Positions 37,696 to 49,900 of a stretch of 64,000 bases of DNA are shown in pieces (within the stretch, counting starts at the first letter, position 1; the number at the start of each line of letters is the position of its first letter). Where the stretch lies: positions 4,127 to 68,126 of the forward strand of contig JAHLWZ010000865.1 in NCBI GenBank assembly GCA_020536535.1, given 5' to 3'. The translations under genes were made by a program, and so were the position numbers. The notes beneath the pieces were generated by a model. The model did no database searches and was not told the origin of the DNA. It worked only from the letters and a program-made list of their open reading frames with translations. Source of the DNA: Pelomyxa schiedti. Its lineage: Eukaryota; Protista; Evosea.

Positions 37696-37798
37696 TCGCG
37701 GTTTCGGATTTTCCTTCCTTGTTTGTTTGTTTTCGATTCGCCTGTTCCTTGGCAAAGAGCAAGTTCCAGGAACAACAAACAAAAAACAACCAAGCAAC

Positions 37799-40386
37799 AT
37801 GACAACAGAGCAGGGGAGTGGAGACAGGTTGGACCTGTCAAAATGCGTTGTCACGTTCCCTTCTGGTACGTCCAGTGATAAGATAACTATTCGTAAAACT
37901 TTTTTTTTTTTTTAAATTTCCACTGCCGCGTTAGTAATGCTTGTCTCTGCTTGATTTTGTTTCATTATGTACTAATGAACAAAGGGAGGAAGGTTACGTA
38001 CCCCAATCACACCCCACTGTTGGGGGTTTCCCAAGATGCGGAAATGAAGGTAGTCTCACTATTGTTGCTATTATTTTCTCTTGCGTGGTGCACGTTTAAT
38101 CACACGAACTAAACAGAGTGGAGACCGCGTTGTCGTAGCAGCCTCTGTGGAGGGTTTACTGATGTCACTTTCGGAGACCATTCCTTTTCATTTGGCTTCT
38201 GTTGTTCCTGTATTCTGGGATTCTAGTGAGGGTCACGCTTGCCTCAGTAGGACGCTGGGTAATAACTTGTGTTTCTTTCATTATAACAATTTGTCGTACT
38301 TGTTTTCTATTAGGACACCCAAACCCACTCATTATTCGTTAACACCTAAGTCATTTTAATTTGTCTCTTGGGAGAGTAACTTTTACTTTTTTAGTCTTTG
38401 TGCTTCAAATGGCTGTTTTCAAAGAGTTCCATGAATCTTTTCTACTGACTGTTGAACATTCGCTTGGCTCTGTAATATCTTCTCCACCTTTTTCCATGTT
38501 TCATTTATTTAGGGATTCATGTGTTTGATGGACCATGGCACGACAGTTGCCACACCAGAAATTATTACGAGACTCTCTAAATGCATGGCATCTCTTGTTG
38601 AACAGTCTGTACTCCGCCTTGAGAACGCATACCCTAACTGAAACACTATTGAGGGATATTCCCATCACCATTACGAAGTTGAGCCACGCTGAGTCAGAGC
38701 TCTACATGAGCGGACGCAACCGACCCTATTCTTTAGCCATGATTCGGGCCTCAAATCAATTCACTGCCAAGTATTCATGCTGTGGAGATTTTCTTGGTGT
38801 GTCTTGGAAGAAAAATCCCGTGGTTGACATGTGAACAGAAGTCTATCGGAGACCTCTTGGCCCAAGTACAGGGATCCTGAAGAGATTTACTTTTGAGCTT
38901 CTTCAATATGATGTCGGGTTTGTGCTCCGATTTCCAGACACTACCAACCCAGGAATTCTGCCCACATTTACACCTGACCCTCGCATAGTTCAAGTTTTCA
39001 GTTTCTGACCCACTCTTATTATATTGGCAATTACTTTATTCTTACACACTTACAGAGGAGGGTCATTCCTGGGGAAAGGTCTTGAGTGTTGCATGTATCG
39101 GCCAGTTGAATCAAAAAGTTGTTGCTGGTGATGTAAAGCAATACCTCGCCTTGAATGAAGCTGTTCACAATCACAAGATTGTAGAACTCTCTCTCACAAT
39201 TTCTCAGCGCGTGGCCAAAGGTGTTAAACTTATCCTCATTGCTGGTCCTTCAGCCGTAATCCTCCCTTTTACTGCTTTCCTAGTGTAATTTTCAACATTA
39301 GAGTGGAAAAACAACATTTGCTGCTAAACTTGCACTTCAGCTTGAAATTCTGGGAATAACTCCAACTGTAAGTAAAACCGTTCCTTTCCCACCATAAATG
39401 TATCCCAGATAGTATCAGTGGACAACTATTACAAACCTCATAGTGAAGTCCCACGTGATTCTAGTGGCAATCTCGATTTTGAGGTGCTCGAAGCTCTTCG
39501 CATCGATACCTTGAATGAGCATCTCTTGCAGCTATTTTCGGGAGAAGAGGTTTGTTGTCGTCCCTCTCATTAAAGTTGACACTGAAAAAGACACAAACGC
39601 CAATTTTCGATTTCCACACTGGCAAACCGAAGGCTGCTACCATTCCTCTGACATTACAACCAGGAGGAGTCATCATAATGGAAGGGTACAAAAAGATCAA
39701 TGCAATCTGATAATATAACTTAGACTTTCACAGGATTCACTGTTTGAACGACTGTCTCACTCCAAGGGTACCATTGGAATCTAAATTCAAGATATTTCTT
39801 GCCCCTTTCACCCAGATGAATCTTGACGAAAGTACTTTCCTGTGTTTAAACTTTCCCTTACAGGCATATATGCAGGCAATTTTATTCCAAACAGTACTGG
39901 ACGTCTTATTCGCCGAATTGTACTACTTCTCTTTCATATCCTTTTTATCGTGACCATCCACCAGGTTCGTGACTACAACCACAGGGGGTATTCTGCCACA
40001 GACACGCTGAACCGCTGGGCGTCAGTGAGGTATTGTCTTGCACCAGTCGAAGCTTTATTTATGTAATAAAATCTCCTGCAGGAGAGGAGAGGACCTCAGC
40101 ATATTCCCATTCATGAAAGACGCAGACGTGGTTTTCAATTCAGCCCTGGATTACGAAGTTGCAGTTCTCAAGACGTTCTGCAAGCCCTTATTAAAATCTG
40201 TGAAGTCAGGGACCCCACCATACAACAATGCCCAGTATGCCACAACTCTCCTCCAATATCATAAGTGACCATACCTACAGAGAGCTTCTTGAATTCCTTT
40301 CATTTGCGTTCGTTGTACCACACGACAATGTTCCACCCGACTCCCTTCTCCGTGAGTTTATTGGGGGCAGCTTCTTCCAGGTCTAG
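37799..40386 (+). CDS. Uridine/nucleoside kinase (PRK/UK family) with N-terminal TGS/ThrRS-like region, bacterial-type architecture
   Basis: LIAGPSA|SGKTT; SVDNYY; DFEVLEAL; IMEG|IHCLN; RLIRRI|VRDYNHRG; RGE..IFPF; FNSALDYE; SLLREFIGGS. Confidence 0.92.
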
Positions 40387-40591
40387 GGTGGCACATTTCC
40401 CTTGTTTCATATTGTACCTAATGAGGGGCAACTCGAGGGAGTTACAAATCAAAGTTCCCCCAAGAACATACCAAAACAATTGAAAGGTCCTTTGGGGCCA
40501 TAGAACCAGTACTTGTTTGTATCAACCACTTTATGGAACCGATAAAAAAGCAAAAGCAAAACAAAAAGAAGGCAACGACTGTCGTATCGAC

Positions 40592-43500
40592 ATGAGCGGC
40601 ATACTAGGGGGAATAGGGGAGGCGCTGGGGGTCACGAGCAGTAGCACGACTCCCAGCGGGGGAGGAGGAGGAGGCACGGGAGGGAGTGGGACGGGGAACC
40701 TGGAGGGGTGGAAGCGTGAGGCCAAGCGCAACTCCACCCACGGGGTGTTGGTCACCGTGAACAACAGCACTGCCACCACGTTCGTGGCTGCGGACAGGGC
40801 TTGCAGGGTGTGCAAGGGTGGTTCTGTCCCTGGTGCGTCACTGCTTTTTTTTTTTTTTTTTTTTTTTTTTTATTGTTGTTAGGGGAATTGGGGTTTGGCT
40901 CTCCTTGGGCTGATTAACCTTACTTTGGGGGGTTTCCTTTGCAGCCCAGATAATGCCTTTTTCGCAAATACAATTGGCAACAGAGAGCGATTCATTTATT
41001 GGTGGCAATAAGGGAGTGCTACAATACGAAGCCAAGAATGGAGCTAGTATTTTTCCCCCCAATGCCCCAAGTACAACTAAGAGCACTTAGAGATATATTT
41101 TGAATGGAACTCTTCATTTCTTGGGGATAAAACAAATTCGGGAAATGCCACTCCCCCCTACAAGTAAATCCTAAATATTGCCACTTTTTCTCCCTTCATT
41201 TTTTTTCCTTAAAAAGGATTCTCAAGCAAGCTCACACTGAGGGATACCTTTACGAGGTAATATTTACAGTCTCTGACTCATCAAGTGCAACAGCCTCTCC
41301 TAAAGCGTACAGCTCAACAAGTGTTGTTCCGCAACCATCTGTTTTATCTCTAGGTACTCTTGCACTAATCTTACCTTTTTAATCTTCTTTTCTTTTAGAC
41401 TCTAAAGGAGACTTGAAAATACTCACCTGCACACTCGAGGATCTGCCAAGCAAGACTGTTTCTTCTTTTGACATTCTTTGGTTTGTGTTTAGGAGTAGGT
41501 AGACCCCACTAACGTACCTAGTTTTCAGAAAGTTACGAGTGTTACACAAGCTGATGAATTGTCTCGAAGATTTAGAACAACCCATCCTCATTATGTTAAT
41601 CCTCCCACCAAAACTCCCTGCTGACAAAATTTCCACCAGAAATACTCTCCAGAATGTTTACTGTTCTTTTCCAGGTAATGCAAAGCCATTTGTTTGCTAC
41701 AATACAATGTTCACTATGTCAAGTAAATTTGGAATTGTACACTTCTGGAAAACTACGTTTTCATCTCTAACTGGCATTGCAACTGGAAAACCCCCACAAG
41801 GTGGGGTTCACTGTTTGAAACTGGACGTTTCTGGAGTTTTTCCAGGATGTTTCTTATACATTTTCCAAGGTATATTTCTGTTTAGTATTATTCTTTTTAA
41901 TTAACTTACAAACCTAGTATACTTCCCCCCATTGGAGGGTCTCAAACCAGGCGAGGATGGGTTGATAATGAGTACTCCACAAGCAGTGTTGAAGCAGGAA
42001 TTGTGCCTGGTAAATGTCTTCTTCTACATGTTACTGCTGTCTCATATATTTTTATTTCTTTTTTACAACAAAGGTTAATGACTTCTTTTCTGACTGTATG
42101 AGAAATGAAGATCAGTTCTCAAGCATTGGTGCACTGGTAGTTGGGGATTTTGGATTCCAGGCATCACTTTGTGCGTTTTGGCCTTATTCTTTTCAACTTT
42201 CGTAAAAAAACCTACAAAAAGTGAAACCTAAGAAGTTACCACCTGAGCAACTTTCATCCTCTTCAATTATTACCACACTTTCAAATATTGCCCTAGGATT
42301 CAACACCAATGATAATCATATTCACCTTATTTTTCCGTATGTTCCCAAATGCTGTACTGGCTCCTTCCTAACAAATATCGTTAAGATATGAAATACAGGA
42401 ACTTTTATCCACCCAACATATTTTGCCATGCTTTATGGGCTTATTTCGTAGTTATCTAAAACTTCCAAGGGATAGATCTATGGTTCTATCTCATTTAATC
42501 GCCCAAGTTATCAAGGTGGAAAATCAAGCAATAAAGTGTTATTAATTTTCATAGCTTGATGTGCGCAGGCGATTATCTGCGGAGCTCAGCGAGTTGCATC
42601 GAATCCGCCGGCAACAGTACATCACTGCAGGGCTTGAGCGTCTTAACATTATTGTGCGAGGGTACGATACTGCAGGACTCATAAGAGAGAAAGATTCCGC
42701 TCTGTGGTGTTCAGAATTAAAAGCACTCATTGACACATTTTATGGTAAAGCTGCCTTGGACGACTCTGAAAGAGCACCTCAATTTGACTTAAGAACGCAT
42801 TTAGTTCTATGGCCTTTGCTCAGAGCAGTGCAAAGGTATTTCCTTTCTTTGATGTAAACACATCCCCCATAAACTTGTCTGCCCTGAAGGAGTCTCGGTG
42901 TCACACTGACGGCTTCAGCTGAAGTACAAGCACTCAAGAGCCCAGGCACAGAACTATTTGGACCTGACAGCATTGAAGATGTGACAATACCGTCACTATA
43001 CCTCGATCCACTGGACTACTCGCTCTTCTTGTCTCCCCTCGGTTCATCTGCATCCACAATAGCCTCGTCAGCCACAGCCTCAGCCATAGGGTCACCCATT
43101 CCCATTGCCATCATAACACCGCCTTCACCCACAATTTCTGCCAGCCCCCTTTCCACGTCACCCGCTAACCCTCCCACCGGATACTCCTCCGTTACGCCCC
43201 CGCCCTCCCCCACCATTTCCTCCACCCCCACCGCCTCCTCTAGCCTGTCCTTTTCTTCCTCGCCAATCACAGCCACTACTACAAACAGTATCAGTAGCAG
43301 CGGCACTGCCTTCCGCTCTTCGTCCTCCCCGTCGTTATTATCCACGGCCACAATTCCAAAATGCACCAAGTTCACATCGGCATACCTAACCACCCTCGAT
43401 GCACTCAATGCCCGTAATCTCACCTACACTGAACCCAATCGTTACTCATCATTCTCGTCCTCAACGTCCTCCTCGTCTGCTGCCTTATCTGCTTCCACAT

Positions 43501-43751
43501 TCTCGTCCTCGTTCTCCTCCTCCTCTTCTTCCTCCTCCTCCTCATTGTCTGTACAATCCCACAATTACAGTGTAGCTCCGCCGGTGCCCACGTGCCATGT
43601 GCTGTGCCTCGACAGCGTTCATCACTTGCAGGATAGAAAGCAATTGGCTTATATAGAGGCAACTGAGGCATCACCTTTCCTGCCTGAGAGGAGCAGATCG
43701 TGCGGTGTTTCTTTGAACTTCACAATCACCACAAGGACCCAAAGGAGTTGA
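40592..43751 (+). CDS. Uncharacterised multidomain protein: aegerolysin/ET79-like N-terminal domain, probable degenerate EEP domain, helical region, Ser-rich tail
   Basis: GVLVTVNNST..GNW..LATESDSFIGGNKGVLQY..IYFEWNSSFLG; then LKILTC, LQNVY, GGVHCLK, LVVGDFG, HIHLIF in EEP motif order. Confidence 0.5.
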
Positions 43752-43924
43752 CGTCTCAGTCTACCAATTTTTGTTTGTATAACCAGATTGATCCATCAAT
43801 CAAATCAATCCAACTTGAAAAAAAGAAGAAAAAATATCGGGGAGTGACACTGGAACCCGGACAGACAGTGCAATAAAAGGATTAAGAGCAAAAGGACAAA
43901 AACAAACAATAGTTGAGAGCACCG

Positions 43925-46900
43925 ATGTCGAGGACACTGGAGCGTGTGTCGAGGTATTTGACCACAATCCAAACAGGAAGATTGGCAAAAGAAAGAAAGG
44001 TTGAGTTCCCTTTTTTTTTTTTTTTTTAAATGGTTCCGCCTTAAACATGAGACTCGAACAGGAGGCATTGACTGGATTGTGCGCGTGCATTGAGACGAAG
44101 GGTGTGCAACAAGAGTTGGACAGTTCTACTGATGGAAAACTTTCGCAAAATGGGGATGAAATTGGTGTGTGAGATTGAGCTCAAACGGTTGTATTTTCGA
44201 GGTTGGACCTGATTGAATGTGCAGAGCTTCCAACCTGGGATACACTCATTTCTGTATTGCTGTTGTGTGCGAACACCTCTCCTCAGGCAAAAGAATATCC
44301 AGAAGCAATTGTGAATGTGGTTTCCAAGGCTGATGAAAGTATACTTGACTGTTGTGGACATTTGTGCTATTTCAACACTACATTGTAGGGGGACCGCGTC
44401 TCTTTTTGTGCATTCGGGAACTTCACCAGCGTATTGCCGCTGTTCTCTTGGATTCTGAGTCCCGTGGCGCTACTCCTACACAATCCAGCTCCAAGAAACG
44501 TTCCACTTCTGGGAGTGATGACATTTCTAAGTGCTACCTACATATTTTAGAGGAGGTCAGCAAGGTGCCTGGATATTGTCATGTCATGCAAAAGGAAACA
44601 TTTTCAAGTTGCTTCAGTGATCACTTCTGCTTTCTGGATCTAATAGTCTTCTGCAGAATTCCTACAGTTCTTCACAAGACGGCTCCTTTCACAAACCTCT
44701 GAAGCGAGATATGTGCACGTTTTCAGTGTTCTCGTTTGTGCTTATCCATTTGACCTGATGCCGTTTACACATTCTCTCCTTACATTCCTTGTGGATTTTT
44801 TTGATACATACCCGTACTTCTCTTGTCACATGCGAAAACTTACTCAGTAAAAAAAAAAAAAAACCAAAGACGCACACAATTTGGAGTCCCCTTGATGACT
44901 ATGCTTAACCACATCATCGCGTCCTGCGGCATCAATATTATTCAACAGTCACGAGAATGCATGCTTAAAATTTTTCCATATCTTCTTAAGAATTTCTCTA
45001 CATCTGACTCTATACTGAAGGTCCACTTAACCCTCCTTTGTTACGGACTCAACCTTTATCAGGGCAATCTAATAACTTTCTGCCGAACCCAAGTCCGTCT
45101 CCATCGCGAATATTCTGGAATTGTGACCCCGATTAAAGATGCCGAAAGCTTAGTAGAAGTGATTATAAGTGATCTGAATCAAACGAGGTTCAACAACCTC
45201 TGATACTTTTTTCCTCAACATCACAGGTATCTCTCAGTGGAAGCTCCACATTTACCACAGCTGGTTGATTTGGCTTCCGACTTGCTTGTACAACTTACGA
45301 AAGTACAAAGTACCTCAAAAAAAAAATGATACATTCATCATCACCAGAATTCTCAAGTGGAATCAGACCAGCCTCTCAATATAAAACGCAAGTTTCTCGA
45401 ACTGCAGGACTTGGAAAGAGATATTAGGGAACCCAAAGTCTGGTAAGAGTTTTCTGTGATAGCTATATTTAACGTCAAACAAGGTTACAACTTATGACAT
45501 CTCTGTTAACTAAGTACCCAAATTTGATATCTGTTTCGTTTTCCATAAGAGTTCTGGGCCGAATATGTGACTTCATGGAGAAGTTGCCAAGTGATCAGTT
45601 TGTTCCTACAACAACCCAAATAAGTAATAGCAACCAATGTCTACAGGCAAGACACAATGGATTGGACATTAAAATGTCTGGAAGCTTTGGCTAAAGTGTC
45701 TTCGCCTTTCACAAAACAGGACAGTCGTAACCTAGCCACTACACAACGTCGTCCCAGTTCAGATAATCTTATATCCTCAACACCTCTTACCGCCGCAAAT
45801 GCCCTTCCCTCTCCATCAAATGATAAGTCCTGGAAGCATGTAATTTCCATCACCCTCCCCTTTATTCATAATCGATGAACAGAAAAACAAAATTAACAGA
45901 TTTGGAGATTGCTTCTTCATGCACCCGACAGAGCTTTGCAAGTGATGACAGCCATAGTCAATTTTTCGTTGATAGACCCCACATTTTTTGTGAGTTCCAA
46001 CGACATATGGAAATCGGCATTTTTTACTTCACGACCTTGCTCTGAGTTTGTTCACAAGAGATTGACTCAATAATATCCTGACTAACAAGTGTATTAGCAA
46101 CTCATTGACATTCCTGCTCACCTTCATGAAGTGTCATGACTTGCCTGTAGGAAGTTATTTTTTCCTCCCCTCTGGTTGATACTTTCGTAGAAGTTAATTA
46201 CAAGCGAATCTGGCACAGCTCGTTCGCTGAGACAAGAGCTCATCTCATGGATTTTGAAACCAATGATCCCAAAAGTATCTAGCTGCTTCCTCCGTACTCC
46301 ACTAAGATGCCTAGAAACCAAGTACTATAATGGAGCCAATAACTGGGTTGAAAAGAAATCTTCGTGTGTGGCCAAGTCCTAAGCTGCTTTCTACCACCTT
46401 ATACCTTCTTTTCACTCCTGGCATTCCTCCTTCATTACTTGAAACGTCCCAAGTACTCCATCCCTTATTCTCGTCTTATGTTTACTGACACCACAAGAAT
46501 GAAAGATTTGCAACTCCACTCACTTCTGTTGAAGGGACCCTTTCTCAGATTGAAGGTGGTCTCACTTCCTCTCTTGAAATTCTTTTACATTTATACAGAG
46601 TCCCGAACTTTGTATCCTACAAACGATTTCCGCAATAAGGGTTTCCTTCAGGTGCAAATTTCCCAAGGCACCTCTTTAAACCAAATCCCCTCTGAAATGC
46701 AGCTTTCTTTGTCAGGGGTACTGCAAAAACACGTTTTTTTTTCATTTAACTTTTTTTAGTTGTGCAATACACTACTTATGAAAAGATTTTCAAGATTGGT
46801 TTTACAAGAACAAAGTATACAGGAGACAAAGGTATTTATTCTATCTGTGGAAAGTGCCACTGACTTCTGGAGAAAACACTTCTCGGTGTGGATAATTTCA

Positions 46901-49900
46901 AATTGGCCTACTGCCTTTCTGATTTTCTTCATCACACTGCACTCTTGATCCACTTTGATTCTATTGTGCCAAACAATCAACAACATCTATCAGATGCCAT
47001 CAACAATGTACAAATGATACATAAGTACAGAAATTCGGCACTAATAGTTTATTAACAGATGCTGGACACCTTCAGCAACGACTTTGGTCGTATTCTCGAG
47101 TATTCTGAGGCAGACCTCATCACAACACTCCTGAACCAACTCCTAGAACTTACAAACACCATCTCCACGCTTCATAAATATCACGACTTCTACCCACACT
47201 TGGCTGAGTCTTTGGTGGAAGTGATCAATCAACAGGTTTTATCTCCCTCTTGTTGAGAGATCTGAGGTCACCACAGAATCAAGGACTGGCTCGGGCCACT
47301 CAACTTAACCCCAGTGATGCTCTAGACCTGGATTGTGGGGCGTTTGAGTGCAACGCCACTTCCCTCTCAAACAAAAAATCTGTGGAACAGCTGAAGTTGT
47401 TTGCAGCGATACTGGGAAGAGTTACATCCTGTCCTACATGCGCAAGCCCTTCTGGACCACTTTCTTTCATGGAAAAGAGTATTGACACACTTCTAGATGT
47501 TCAACTGGACGTCATCTTTGCGGTACTCCTCCCCCATTTAATGAAGTTCTTCTCATTAGCTTTCCAGATGGCAAAAGCCTTGCTCAATCTTCCATATGCA
47601 AGAACTTCTATTGCTCAAAAGTGCCATGATTTATTATACACTGTGAAGATATCAGGAGATTCAAGTGTGCACTTTTTCACATATCCATTTATTTAGTAGT
47701 GATCTATTACTAGGTTTTAGAGGAAATGTGCTCGAAGTCACTTCATTAATTCTAGCTTCTATAAAGCTGAACCAAGGGTACATCAACCAAGAAGAAGAGT
47801 GCCAAACTATAGAAATATGCTCTGCTATGCTTGAAGTTTTATTTCATTTAAACCGGCACCAACAATTGCATTGGTCAAATCGAAAGTGCCTGGCTGGTTG
47901 TTTCCTCATTTTCAAAGTATACTCCATTTACCTTTTTTCTTTACAGAATGCCTTCCATATATTCTCTTCTTTCCAAACCTGGCTCAAAAGTTCCAAGAGC
48001 GATTTTTAAAGTTATTTGCAGACCCGGACTACCGTGTGAGATACCAGATGGCTTTATCAATCAAGCCTCATTTCACTGCAAACCCGGAGAGCACACTTTT
48101 TCAGGAGATAGAGCAAGCACTTCCTCTTGTTATCACGAAATGTTTGTACTCCCAGCCTTTTTCCAGACTAAGGGTTATTAGGTTCCCAAGAGGAAGCTAT
48201 AACAAGTTTACTCACTCTAGCAGATCTAGGTTGCATTCTCCCTTCTCATCTAGGCTCCATTCTTTTTATTATATGTTCCCACAGTTCCACAGGTTTACCT
48301 TTCCCAACCGTTTGATGAACAAAATCAACTTGTCTTACAAATAGAAAGCTCACCTGATGAAAACCTTTCAAATGACGAAACTATGGAGAAAGTTCAACAA
48401 GCCATACTGCAGCATATTGCACAGATGTTGGAATATGAGTCCATCCCAAACTTGTTGCGAGAGTACCTACCAGAGTTATTGTCTAGATGGATACATGGAC
48501 AAAAGAGCCAACCCATTTCCCGATTTCCCCTCTTCCTGATTGGAGAATCAGACATTGATGAATTCTTTGTTAGGTGTGATAGTTCTTATAAATTTTCTGC
48601 TCACCTTTTTCTCAAGTCATTCAACACTTATTGTACCACGCTTGGTGTATTCCCGAAATGAGAGTGACCTTCTGAAAGTTAGACAAGCCCACAACTCTGA
48701 GAATACCCCAACACTGGAATGGTAGTTGCCCTACATTCAAATACGCCATCTGTCTAAGAGTCATGCTCAGGCTGTTGAAGCAATATTTCAGTGCAACATT
48801 TGCATATGTCTTTCCTCTATATTACATTCCAGAAGAGGAAACTCGGGCAGCCAAAGTATTTAACTTCATCCTTTCGAAAATTAGCCAGAGTATGTTTCCA
48901 ACAATAAATACTCCTGGGATTCATTCCACTCCTCAGAGGAAGTTAATCGCCTCATTCCGACGAAGTTTACTCAAATTGTGTTGAATATGTTTGATCTGAT
49001 GACTTTCTCTTCCTCGGAGCAGTTTCCGCACTATCCCCCAGATTCAATATCAAAAGCATTGTCTCACTTGGGGAAAGATGCTTCCCCATCATCTGACAGC
49101 CCATCAATTTGGGATAAACAAATAGCGTATGATGACTCAATACTCAACCAGACTTACTTGAACAATAGTAACCCAGAATGCTTCCAGTCTATATTCCTCC
49201 ACATTAACAAGAAGTTCGCTGTCACAAGGCGTGGTGATGAAAAGGAACGTCTTTTTGGTGTTTTTGAGTTCTTTGTGCAGCAGCTTGGAAATAAGGTGAC
49301 GGCTGCAAGTACTTTGAGAGGTTTGCCCCTGTGTGTACTGTTGCAAGGTAACACCTCCCAGACGCCATTTTCACTTCAGTTCGGTTTATGTCCTGTGAGC
49401 ATCTTCATGGAAGGGCCTGCCTTTTGTTAAAGCAGTTATGTGAACTTTCTGTGGAAGAAGGACAATTTATATCCACCTTGATCCCCTCGGTATCATTCCC
49501 CTCACTTTCTTGTGGTTCACATTTCCGTAGCTAATTTCATCCTTGTGGCCATACATTCAACAATCAAGTGAAATTTTTGTTGACCTGCTGTCTTATCTTG
49601 TCAGTCACCCTTTACTTCAAGAGGCAATTTTAAACCTCAATCTCTTTGATGAAGATCTGCCATCCCTCAAACCTTATACGAAGGTTTCTCCTTGTGTTTG
49701 TTGAGATTTACAAACTATTCAGAAACTGCTCCATCTTCGTGGTGAGAAGGTTCTCAATGATGAGTTGTCCCTTTTCTTGTCCCACAACCAGGCGAACACA
49801 CATAAAACTGAAGCTGCCACCCTCTCTAGGCTAAGGCACCTTACCACCCTGCTGGAGAAAAACAGCAATGTTACCCCCCCTCAGTTACCTTCCAGAATAT

